IMG/VR virus record: IMGVR_UViG_3300027686_001029
Reading direction: 5' to 3' (one strand)
Source of the DNA: a virus
DNA: 64,000 nucleotides
Shown here: one piece after another, positions 45,553 to 53,204 of the stretch
Position numbering within the stretch: position 1 is the first letter of the stretch
Layout: each line of letters starts with the position of its first letter
Position numbers and translations under genes: made by a program
Notes under the pieces: model-generated
What the model saw: the letters and a program-made list of their open reading frames with translations, nothing else
Told to the model about the DNA's origin: nothing
The model's database searches: none

Positions 45553-45717
45553 TTATCTCTTACCTCCGTAGTAACCTCCTGAAGAAGATCCTCCTCTTGG
45601 TTTTCTCGGCGCTACTGGTTTAGTAGTTTTCTTTGTTACTGTTTTTTTACCTTTTACCTGTGTAAAGTAGTATGCTGCTCCAGCTCCTACAATTACTATT
45701 ATTATAATCCAACTCAT
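45553..45717 (-). CDS. Small membrane-anchored Lys/Gly-rich protein (54 aa)
   Basis: Manual translation MSWIIIIVIVGAGAAYYFTQVKGKKTVTKKTTKPVAPRKPRGGSSSGGYYGGKR*. Confidence 0.65.
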   Translation of the reverse strand: MSWIIIIVIVGAGAAYYFTQVKGKKTVTKKTTKPVAPRKPRGGSSSGGYYGGKR

Positions 45718-45720
45718 AGT

Positions 45721-46047
45721 TTATTTTTTAGTTGTTTTCTTGGCGGCAGGCTTTCTACCACGTCTTGGTTTTCCTTTTGCTGCATCTGCAACATCTTTTA
45801 CTTGTTTCACTACATCCTTTGCTGCTTCTGCAACATCGGTGAGTTCCTCTTTTACTCGCTTTGCACGGCTCCTTACAGCTTTCTTCGCTGTAGCAACTTT
45901 TGCTTTTGCTTCTTCTACAGTATCCTCAACTTCATCAGGGATTCCATCTGCATCTCTATCGCTAAATAAGTTAAAATACTTAGTGGCAATATAAATTGCT
46001 CCGGCTATAACCGCAACAACTAAAATAGTAATTAAAATTGTTTTCAT
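45721..46047 (-). CDS. Membrane-anchored amphipathic protein with basic tail
   Basis: N-terminal TM, DRDADGIPD motif, helical repeats and KGKPRRGRKP tail. Confidence 0.7.
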   Translation of the reverse strand: MKTILITILVVAVIAGAIYIATKYFNLFSDRDADGIPDEVEDTVEEAKAKVATAKKAVRSRAKRVKEELTDVAEAAKDVVKQVKDVADAAKGKPRRGRKPAAKKTTKK

Positions 46048-46084
46048 TTAATTGAATTTGTTAATATTAACTTTATTATAAATA

Positions 46085-46591
46085 TCACCAATTTTTAGGG
46101 ACCGGCTTAACCCGTAAAGTTCTACTTTTATACTTATTATCTACTTTAAAAAAGAATGTTAATAAGTCTTTATGAGATTTTATAACCTCTTTATCGTACT
46201 GCTCTTTACTCATTTTAAAATAAAATAAAAAACATTTTTTAAGTTCTTCAAGCTTATTTTTTTCGTCCTTATCTCTATCTTCCTGCAAGCGTTTAATCCT
46301 TGCGTTGTCTAATGATATAGCTTCTATATACTGCACTTGGTCATGACCTAGTTTAATATACTTTTCATTTATTCTATGCTGAACTAATTCTATTTCAAAA
46401 GTATAAGATCCTAAATTAAAATCACCGTTAGTAATTCTATCTTTCAATGGGTGTAGACTACTAAGAGGTTTATTTCTTAGGGTATAGGATCTCCACCACA
46501 TAAATCGGTCGTACTTTTTTTTATAGTAATTAGTAGATAAATAATTTTCTAACCACTTTACGGAATGTATAGGCTTATAAGGTTCAAACAT
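46085..46591 (-). CDS. Hypothetical basic protein
   Basis: ORF downstream of the promoter at 46598-46628. Confidence 0.7.
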   Translation of the reverse strand: MFEPYKPIHSVKWLENYLSTNYYKKKYDRFMWWRSYTLRNKPLSSLHPLKDRITNGDFNLGSYTFEIELVQHRINEKYIKLGHDQVQYIEAISLDNARIKRLQEDRDKDEKNKLEELKKCFLFYFKMSKEQYDKEVIKSHKDLLTFFFKVDNKYKSRTLRVKPVPKNW

Positions 46592-46597
46592 ATATTA

Positions 46598-46628
46598 AAT
46601 ATAAGAACTTTAATTCAATTATACAACT
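46598..46628 (-). promoter_or_regulatory. Phage consensus promoter (TTGTAT-N17-TATATT)
   Basis: Consensus match; -35 abuts upstream TAG. Confidence 0.65.
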
Positions 46629-46872
46629 ATTCTCCTATGTCAATTATTTTCATTGCAACTCGAATTACCTCCTCATCGTATTCACAGAGTAGGGTATAAG
46701 CTTTTTTCTTTAGTTCTAATGATACTTTCTGTGGGTGTTGAATTACTGATCTTTCAGATATATCTCCTCCAAATGGACGTTCAGTAATAGTATCACCTCC
46801 GTCAGGGGATTCATAAATCTTTAGTTTTTTATCTTCTTGCATTTCATGCCATTTTTTTACACTGTCGCTCAT
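46627..46872 (-). CDS. Hypothetical protein (KIYESPDGG motif)
   Basis: ORF track. Confidence 0.7.
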   Translation of the reverse strand: MSDSVKKWHEMQEDKKLKIYESPDGGDTITERPFGGDISERSVIQHPQKVSLELKKKAYTLLCEYDEEVIRVAMKIIDIGE

Positions 46873-46873
46873 C

Positions 46874-47824
46874 TTATAGCCAATTAAATTTGTTCCCCAT
46901 ATGTCCCCATTCAGCTGTCTTACTGAATATAGGCTCTTTTAACCCTAAGAATTTAATAATACCTCTAGGACTTAAATCATAATCACGTATTACTGAAGAG
47001 CTTCCGTCTACTATAGCTGTAGCTTCCAATGGTTGATCATGACCTATGGCATAAGCTAATCTTACTGTTACTTCTTTAGCTTTAAACTCTTTTAAGTAGT
47101 CTACTGCTATTCTTCTAGCCATATAGGCTGCTGATCTATCTACTTTAGTACAGTCTTTTCCGCTAAATGCTCCTCCTCCAAGAGGAACTCTAGGACCGTA
47201 ATTATCTACTGCTAATTTTCTTCCAGTCAGTCCAGCATCAGCATCAAATCCTCCTAATGACCAATCCCCTGCAGGATTCGCAAAAGCAGTTTTTAAGTTT
47301 AAGTTAAACTCTACTAGAAATTCATCAATAAGTTTAAGGAGTTCTTCTTTAGGTGCATTTTGAAATGAAGCTACAACACTTACGTTCCCACTGCCGTCTA
47401 AAGTTACTTGAGTTTTTCCATCAAATGGATAAACCTTGTATATCTTCTTGGCTAATTTTCTAGCTAAGTAATACTCTTGTGGAACCATTTCGTCGTTGTC
47501 GTCACAAGCATAACCTATCATAATACCCTGATCTCCTGCTCCTCCTGTGTCAACTCCTTGAGATATTTCTGGTGATTGACGAACAATGTTAGTTTGCACA
47601 CCAATATCTTTACCGTAGACTCCTTTTACAACTGAAGGTATATCGACAAAGGCCGATGTCGTTAATTCTCCAGTTACAGTTATAATTCCATGACCTCCCA
47701 TAGTTTCAATTGCTGCTCTAGTATTAGGGTCTTGTTTAAGACATTCATCAAATATTGCATCTGAGATTCTATCGCATATTTTATCGGGATGATTTGGTGT
47801 TACTATTTCTGCTGTTCTAACCAT
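46874..47824 (-). CDS. metK: S-adenosylmethionine synthetase (compact, 316 aa)
   Basis: HPDKICDRISD, GAGDQG, GLTGRK and GGGAFSGKD.TKVDRSAAY motifs. Confidence 0.96.
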   Translation of the reverse strand: MVRTAEIVTPNHPDKICDRISDAIFDECLKQDPNTRAAIETMGGHGIITVTGELTTSAFVDIPSVVKGVYGKDIGVQTNIVRQSPEISQGVDTGGAGDQGIMIGYACDDNDEMVPQEYYLARKLAKKIYKVYPFDGKTQVTLDGSGNVSVVASFQNAPKEELLKLIDEFLVEFNLNLKTAFANPAGDWSLGGFDADAGLTGRKLAVDNYGPRVPLGGGAFSGKDCTKVDRSAAYMARRIAVDYLKEFKAKEVTVRLAYAIGHDQPLEATAIVDGSSSVIRDYDLSPRGIIKFLGLKEPIFSKTAEWGHMGNKFNWL

Positions 47825-48366
47825 TTGTGTAAAACGTTTTTAAAATTATTATATCCGGCTGCTGCGTTAGCCAGCCAACGAGAGGATTCTCCATCATCGC
47901 TTATCCATTTATACAAAGATACGGAAACATTTTCAGACTGACAAACTTTTGCTATAGAATATCCTTCCATGTCTACTATATCACATTCTCGTATCTTAGT
48001 CGTATAGTTATTACTGTAGACTCCTTCTATATCATAAAAGATATCGGTAGTAAATAACTTAGTAGGGGAATCAGATACTTTAATTGGCAGATGTTCCGGA
48101 ACTACACAACCGTAGAAGTCATCGTGTATTACACCAACTTTAAGTACTTCTCCTACTTTATGGTTTTTTAGGTTTCCACAAGAGCCAAAATTTATAACAT
48201 GGTGCGGTATTTCTCCAGCATGAGTTAACTTGTAGTTATCTATTAATTTTTTTATATTTAAAGCAGATTCAACTTTACCTACTCCAATAATATGGATTGG
48301 AATACCAAAAAGTTCTGTATCATGGTGCTCTAATTTAGTAGCCGATACTAATAAGATATTAGACAT
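47803..48366 (-). CDS. Nucleoside phosphorylase / MTA-SAH nucleosidase-like (PNP_UDP_1)
   Basis: GVGKVESA, INFGSCG, VDMEGYSIA and KWISD motifs. Confidence 0.85.
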   Translation of the reverse strand: MSNILLVSATKLEHHDTELFGIPIHIIGVGKVESALNIKKLIDNYKLTHAGEIPHHVINFGSCGNLKNHKVGEVLKVGVIHDDFYGCVVPEHLPIKVSDSPTKLFTTDIFYDIEGVYSNNYTTKIRECDIVDMEGYSIAKVCQSENVSVSLYKWISDDGESSRWLANAAAGYNNFKNVLHKWLEQQK

Positions 48367-48842
48367 TTAGTGTTGTGATTTTTCTCGATACCGATATCAA
48401 CTAAACATAAAGTATCGAGAACTTCATATCCAGCCATTTTACATAACTCTATTGCTGCTTTCATAGTACCGCCCGTTGCGTATATATCGTCAACAATCAC
48501 TACCTTCCCTTTTCCTTTCATCATTTGAATAGTATCTTCTCCGTATTCTAATTTATAGTTTAGAGTGACTAAGTTAATAGGGGGTAATTTACCTTCTTTT
48601 CTTATAAGTTTTAATCCGTTTCCTGGAGATATCGATAGTGCAGATGCAAATATAAATCCTCTTGATTCAATTCCTACCCAATAATCTACTTTTTCATACT
48701 CTACCAAACCTGCCATTCTTCTGACGGAGTCGTTAAATACATACTCTTTTTCTAATAAAGGTTGAATATCTCTATAGACTATTCCTTTGATAGGAAAGTC
48801 TTCAACATCTTTAATATAATCTTTTAAATTCATTACCACCAC
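48348..48842 (-). CDS. apt: Adenine phosphoribosyltransferase
   Basis: DFPIKGIVYRDI, GIESRGFIFA, RKEGKLP, LEYG and VDDIYATGGT motifs. Confidence 0.95.
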   Translation of the reverse strand: MVVMNLKDYIKDVEDFPIKGIVYRDIQPLLEKEYVFNDSVRRMAGLVEYEKVDYWVGIESRGFIFASALSISPGNGLKLIRKEGKLPPINLVTLNYKLEYGEDTIQMMKGKGKVVIVDDIYATGGTMKAAIELCKMAGYEVLDTLCLVDIGIEKNHNTKCLISY

Positions 48843-49744
48843 GGATTAGTTTTATTATAACGTTCACATTGAATATCTACTTCTTCTAAAGTAGCAGTTT
48901 TACCCGAGTCAATCATATTTTTCATTTCCAGATAAAGTCTATACTGCCAACCTACATTCATATGTATATCCCTTGATTCCTCTACAGGCGAATTTGGATT
49001 AACTCTAAATACTTTACTGAATTCGGCCATGTCATTATACTCTACACATCCGAAATGAAAATCTTGCCAAAAGTATGGAGTAATATTATTTTTTTCACAT
49101 AGGTATAAGATCGCGAGCAGATTTGAACGATGTACATAATAACTATAGTCTTGGTCAAGCAATAATCTACGTAAAGCTTTTCCGGACTTGTCATCCCATG
49201 TAATATCATAAAAACCGTAATCAAGATGAGGGAACATCGTCTCCCAATGGTTATATATAGGTTTATTGTGCTCTTCTTCTTCTTCCCCTAAAGAAAAATC
49301 ATACCTGTCGTGGTGAGGGTAGAATATAAAGCATTTATCTGCTTTTACTTTATCGATATATTGTTCCAACATTCTAAAACCGGTCTGTATGCCGGAGCCT
49401 GGAGCTGCCATATTGTAGAAACGTCCGCCTATTTGCTCGTTTAGTATATGACTCCAAGTATTTTCAAGGTAGTGTCCGGTGCCAAAAGTGTGACTGCAAC
49501 CTAAAAAAATATTCCCATTATGCTCGGTAGAAAATTCATCGGCTCTAAAACCATATTTATTATACTTATACTCAATTGGATTCTCAACATAATAATCGTA
49601 ATCTTTTAACTTAGGCCAATTATTATCTTTAGCCTCTTTATAGTTAATTAAAAAATTTTTATTTGAATCACTTCCTTCCCAATATTGTGTACTATCTCGG
49701 AATCGATAGTTAAGGTGTTTATCTCCTTTTTTCGTCGTTAACAT
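48833..49744 (-). CDS. SGNH/GDSL-like hydrolase
   Basis: YKYNKYGFRADEF, IFLGCSHTFG and YNMAAPGSG motifs; D.H near C-terminus. Confidence 0.72.
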   Translation of the reverse strand: MLTTKKGDKHLNYRFRDSTQYWEGSDSNKNFLINYKEAKDNNWPKLKDYDYYVENPIEYKYNKYGFRADEFSTEHNGNIFLGCSHTFGTGHYLENTWSHILNEQIGGRFYNMAAPGSGIQTGFRMLEQYIDKVKADKCFIFYPHHDRYDFSLGEEEEEHNKPIYNHWETMFPHLDYGFYDITWDDKSGKALRRLLLDQDYSYYVHRSNLLAILYLCEKNNITPYFWQDFHFGCVEYNDMAEFSKVFRVNPNSPVEESRDIHMNVGWQYRLYLEMKNMIDSGKTATLEEVDIQCERYNKTNPWW

Positions 49745-49780
49745 ACTTTGCTTTGTTATATATAAATATTAACTTTTGTT

Positions 49781-49814
49781 AAATTCGCGCGTGGCAGAAG
49801 GAACGACGCCCTCT
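49781..49814 (-). repeat. GC-rich CGCGCGTGG...ACGCCC element, copy 3
   Basis: + strand aaattcgcgcgtggcagaaggaacgacgccctct, directly after the stop of 49815..50183. Confidence 0.75.
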
Positions 49815-50183
49815 CTACTTCCCACCTGATTCTTTCCAGAAAGACTGCACCCCTAGCACTATAAAGCAAAGAAGCAACTGTACTGCTATCTTTAAGGTAA
49901 ATTTTTCCTCGAAGAATAATTGAATCATAATAGCATAAACTATCATCCCAATTGCAAAGCCTATAAACCTAGCTCCCCATATTGATCCATAACCTTCTAC
50001 GTTATATTTAGTAGCTAATATGAATACATAAGTTAATGGAACTGATAGAGCATACATACCCCACCATTTTTCGTCAAGTTCTGGGTATTTAAACTGTAGG
50101 TTGTGTTGAAACCATGCTCCTACTTGAGCAATTACGGTAATCGCGGCTCCTAAAATAATATAGTACCAATTTAAGTCTTTCAT
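49815..50183 (-). CDS. Four-TM small membrane protein (DMT/SMR-like)
   Basis: Four hydrophobic segments. Confidence 0.6.
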   Translation of the reverse strand: MKDLNWYYIILGAAITVIAQVGAWFQHNLQFKYPELDEKWWGMYALSVPLTYVFILATKYNVEGYGSIWGARFIGFAIGMIVYAIMIQLFFEEKFTLKIAVQLLLCFIVLGVQSFWKESGGK

Positions 50184-50187
50184 AGTT

Positions 50188-50215
50188 AAAAAATAAAACC
50201 CGCCGAAGCGGGCTT
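50188..50215 (-). terminator. Rho-independent terminator after the groESL-Hc1 unit
   Basis: - strand CCCGC-TTCG-GCGGG then TTTTATTTTTT (cUUCGg tetraloop). Confidence 0.9.
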
Positions 50216-50230
50216 TGATTTAATGGTACC

Positions 50231-50401
50231 TTACTTGCTTTCCTCAACTGAAGCCTTTCTGTAGTCTGTAATCAATTTCTTGATTTCACCTGCAGCTTTT
50301 CTAGCTCTTTGTTGTGAAGCTTTAGTAGAACCTTCATTGTTCTCAGCTAAAGTGTTAAAATTAGCTTCGATTTGATCAAATAATTCTTGTTTACTTGCCA
50401 T
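50231..50401 (-). CDS. Histone H1-like Hc1 family protein (56 aa)
   Basis: Manual translation MASKQELFDQIEANF...KASQQRARKAAGEIKKLITDYRKASVEESK*; the KA..RARKA..EI.K....YRKAS motif matches Bacteroidota Hc1-like proteins. Confidence 0.8.
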   Translation of the reverse strand: MASKQELFDQIEANFNTLAENNEGSTKASQQRARKAAGEIKKLITDYRKASVEESK

Positions 50402-50421
50402 AGTTATTATATTTAATTTAA

Positions 50422-52080
50422 TTAACCTAGCAACATATTTGGATCTACTCCTCCTACATTACCCTTATTGTCGTCTTCTTTATTAATTGATACCACCGCT
50501 TCTGTAATTAGCATAGTGCTAGCTACTGATGCAGCATTTTCCAAGGCAAGACGTGTAACCTTTGTTGGATCAATAATTCCTGTTATATCATCCATATTGT
50601 AGAAAGTATCAGTACGTGAGTTATACCCGTACCAGAAATCTCCGTTAGTAATTAACTCTTCTTCAATATCTCCGATTTTATTTTCCGATAATCCTCCGTT
50701 AGTAAGTATCTTAGTAAAAGGTGACTCACATGCAGCAATTACTATTTCTACTCCTGCTTTTTCATGTAAGTTATATTCACTATCATCATCTGTTAATATA
50801 CCCACAAGTTGTTTAGAGGCTTTTAGCAAAGCTACTCCACCTCCTGGTAGTATACCTTCTTCTAAAGCTGCTTGAGTAGCATGTAGAGCATCATCCACTC
50901 TATCTTTTTTCTCTTTCATTTCAACTTCAGTATGCCCTCCAACGTATACAATAGCTATCCCTCCTATAAATTTAGCTAACCTACTTTGTAAGTTTTCTTT
51001 TTCATAAGGGGAAGTAGATTTATCGATTGCATTTTTAATTTCCTCCATTCGTTTCTGAATGTCTTCTTCGTTTCCTTTAGCATCGATAATAGTCGTATTA
51101 TCCTTCCCTACTGTCACTTTATGTGCAGTACCTAACCATTTAGTATCGAATTTATCTAATCTTTGACCTTTTTCAGATGATACTACTTGACCTCCTGTTA
51201 AGGTAGCGATATCCTGTAGAATAGCTTTCTTACGATCACCAAAGTCAGGTGCTTTAACTGCTACTACCGGTAAGATACCTCTCATTTTATTTACTACCAT
51301 AGTAGACAATGCCTCTCCGTCAATATCGTCAGCTATTATAACTAATGACTTGTTCTGTTGAGAAACACCTTCTAAGATAGGTAAAAGCTCTTTAATATTA
51401 GTTAAACGTTTATCCGTAATTAAGATTAAAGGTTCATCTAGTACTGCTGTCATAGTATTATTGTCGGTGACAAAATATGGAGATTTATAACCTCTATCAA
51501 ATTGCATTCCTTCAACAGTCTCTAAATAAGTTTCACCTGTTCTTGATTCTTCAATAGTAACTACTCCATCTCTTCCGACTTTATCAATTGCGGTTGCAAT
51601 CAAAGTACCTACTTCTTCATCATTATTAGATGAAATTGTAGCAACTTGTTTAATTAAAGCTTCATCTGTAATATCTTTAGAGTTTTCAATTAGGTAATCA
51701 GTAACTACATTTACAGCTTTACTGATTCCTTTTTTAATATCTACAGCATTTGCACCATCGTACATCCTACTCATTCCATCATTTAATATTGTCTGAGCTA
51801 ATAAGGTAGATGTCGTAGTTCCATCTCCAGCTTGTTCTGCTGTTTTAATGGAAGCTTGTTTAACTATCTGTGCTCCAATATTCTCTTGTGGATCTGTTAA
51901 TTCAATTGACTTTGCTACTGTAACTCCGTCTTTAGTAGATACTGGGTTACCTTGTGCTTGTTCGATAATTACATTACGGCCAGATGGTCCTAATGTTGAC
52001 GTTACTGCGTTTGCAAGTGCATCAACTCCTTGAGCTAATTTCTGTCTTGCATCATTTGAAAAAATAATTGATTTACTCAT
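50422..52080 (-). CDS. groL: Chaperonin GroEL
   Basis: TLGPSGRNV, TKDGVTVAK, AGDGTTTST, EGMQFDRGY and PDFGDRKK motifs. Confidence 0.98.
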   Translation of the reverse strand: MSKSIIFSNDARQKLAQGVDALANAVTSTLGPSGRNVIIEQAQGNPVSTKDGVTVAKSIELTDPQENIGAQIVKQASIKTAEQAGDGTTTSTLLAQTILNDGMSRMYDGANAVDIKKGISKAVNVVTDYLIENSKDITDEALIKQVATISSNNDEEVGTLIATAIDKVGRDGVVTIEESRTGETYLETVEGMQFDRGYKSPYFVTDNNTMTAVLDEPLILITDKRLTNIKELLPILEGVSQQNKSLVIIADDIDGEALSTMVVNKMRGILPVVAVKAPDFGDRKKAILQDIATLTGGQVVSSEKGQRLDKFDTKWLGTAHKVTVGKDNTTIIDAKGNEEDIQKRMEEIKNAIDKSTSPYEKENLQSRLAKFIGGIAIVYVGGHTEVEMKEKKDRVDDALHATQAALEEGILPGGGVALLKASKQLVGILTDDDSEYNLHEKAGVEIVIAACESPFTKILTNGGLSENKIGDIEEELITNGDFWYGYNSRTDTFYNMDDITGIIDPTKVTRLALENAASVASTMLITEAVVSINKEDDNKGNVGGVDPNMLLG

Positions 52081-52390
52081 CTTTGCTTTCTTTTATAACT
52101 GCTAAAATCTCTCTATCTTGTGCTATGTAGTACTCTTCTCCTTCAAAGTCTATTCGTAAAGTACCTAGTTTTGGGACTAATACAATATCTCCTGGTTTAC
52201 AAGAACGTACTAAAATAAGTTTAGAAGGATCTAATTCTGATTGTCGGCCTGAACCGATAGCTAAAACTTCTCCCATTTCTGGTTTTTCTTTTCCCATATC
52301 GGGAATAACTATAGACCCGTAAGTCTGTTCCCCTTCATCAATCGGCTTTATTAGTATCCGATCATTTGTAGGCTGTAACTGTTTTGACAT
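52073..52390 (-). CDS. groS: Co-chaperonin GroES
   Basis: LQPTNDRILIK, GSIVIPDMGKEKP and GEVLAIG motifs. Confidence 0.96.
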   Translation of the reverse strand: MSKQLQPTNDRILIKPIDEGEQTYGSIVIPDMGKEKPEMGEVLAIGSGRQSELDPSKLILVRSCKPGDIVLVPKLGTLRIDFEGEEYYIAQDREILAVIKESKDE

Positions 52391-52413
52391 ATGTAACGTT
52401 TTTATTTATTATT

Positions 52414-52441
52414 AATATACGATTATTATATATAAGAGCAA
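52414..52441 (-). promoter_or_regulatory. Promoter for groES-groEL (TTGCTC-N16-TATATT)
   Basis: TCGTATATT -10 consensus. Confidence 0.6.
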
Positions 52442-52459
52442 ACCCTAGAGCGGGTTAAT

Positions 52460-52897
52460 TTAGCTAATTTTTAAAGTTTTTGATTCTTTTCCTTTAGCAT
52501 AAGGTATTGAAACTTGCAATAAGCCGTTTTTAAACTCAGCTTTTGCTTTTTGTAGGTCAAATCTGCTATCAATCTTCCAACCTAAATTAAAAGATCTTTT
52601 AGCGATTCCTCTATAAATGTATTCCGTCTGTGAACAATCACAGTCTGGTTCACATTGGCAATCGTCTTTTGTTTTGTTATAATTGATTTTAATAATATTA
52701 CCCTCAATTAAGATTTCGATTTCTTCTTTTGGAATACCGGTACAGGCTATATCTAAGCCAAGGCCGTCTTCTACTTCGTAAATATCTACTGGGTGGGGTA
52801 ATTTTGACTCTTCTAACGTTTGATAGTTTTGAGTCTTTTGCAAAAAATTGCGGACTAAAATGTCGAACGGATTACGTTCTTGAAAAATATTACTCAT
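52460..52897 (-). CDS. Small heat shock protein (Hsp20 / alpha-crystallin)
   Basis: PHPVDIYE, YIYRGIAKRSF and A.FKNGLL.VSIP motifs. Confidence 0.93.
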   Translation of the reverse strand: MSNIFQERNPFDILVRNFLQKTQNYQTLEESKLPHPVDIYEVEDGLGLDIACTGIPKEEIEILIEGNIIKINYNKTKDDCQCEPDCDCSQTEYIYRGIAKRSFNLGWKIDSRFDLQKAKAEFKNGLLQVSIPYAKGKESKTLKIS

Positions 52898-52988
52898 ATT
52901 GATGTAGTTTTGTGGAGTCCTAAGATCTCCGGTTAAAATAAAATAAAAATTGCTCTAGGGTCTATTCTTATTTAATATAAATAGCAGT

Positions 52989-53204
52989 TTATTTGCATTT
53001 AGTAATAAATTCTAAGTAAGGAACATCTACGTTTTGTACGTTAACGCTCATTAGCTTAGGTTTCCATGCAAGAGGATCGCTTTTATTGTCTAAAATGTTT
53101 TCTATAATTTGGAGACTACGTTCCGAAAAATCTTCTACGTACCCTACTCTCTTTGATCTCCAATCTCCTTTTTTTTGTTTTTTCATAATTCTATTAATGT
53201 CCAT
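52989..53204 (-). CDS. Hypothetical protein
   Basis: ORF track; overlaps the polA end. Confidence 0.6.
   Translation of the reverse strand: MDINRIMKKQKKGDWRSKRVGYVEDFSERSLQIIENILDNKSDPLAWKPKLMSVNVQNVDVPYLEFITKCK

Noticed and set aside
52391-52459. CIRCE operator upstream of groES
   Set aside because: No TTAGCACTC-N9-GAGTGCTAA-like inverted repeat present
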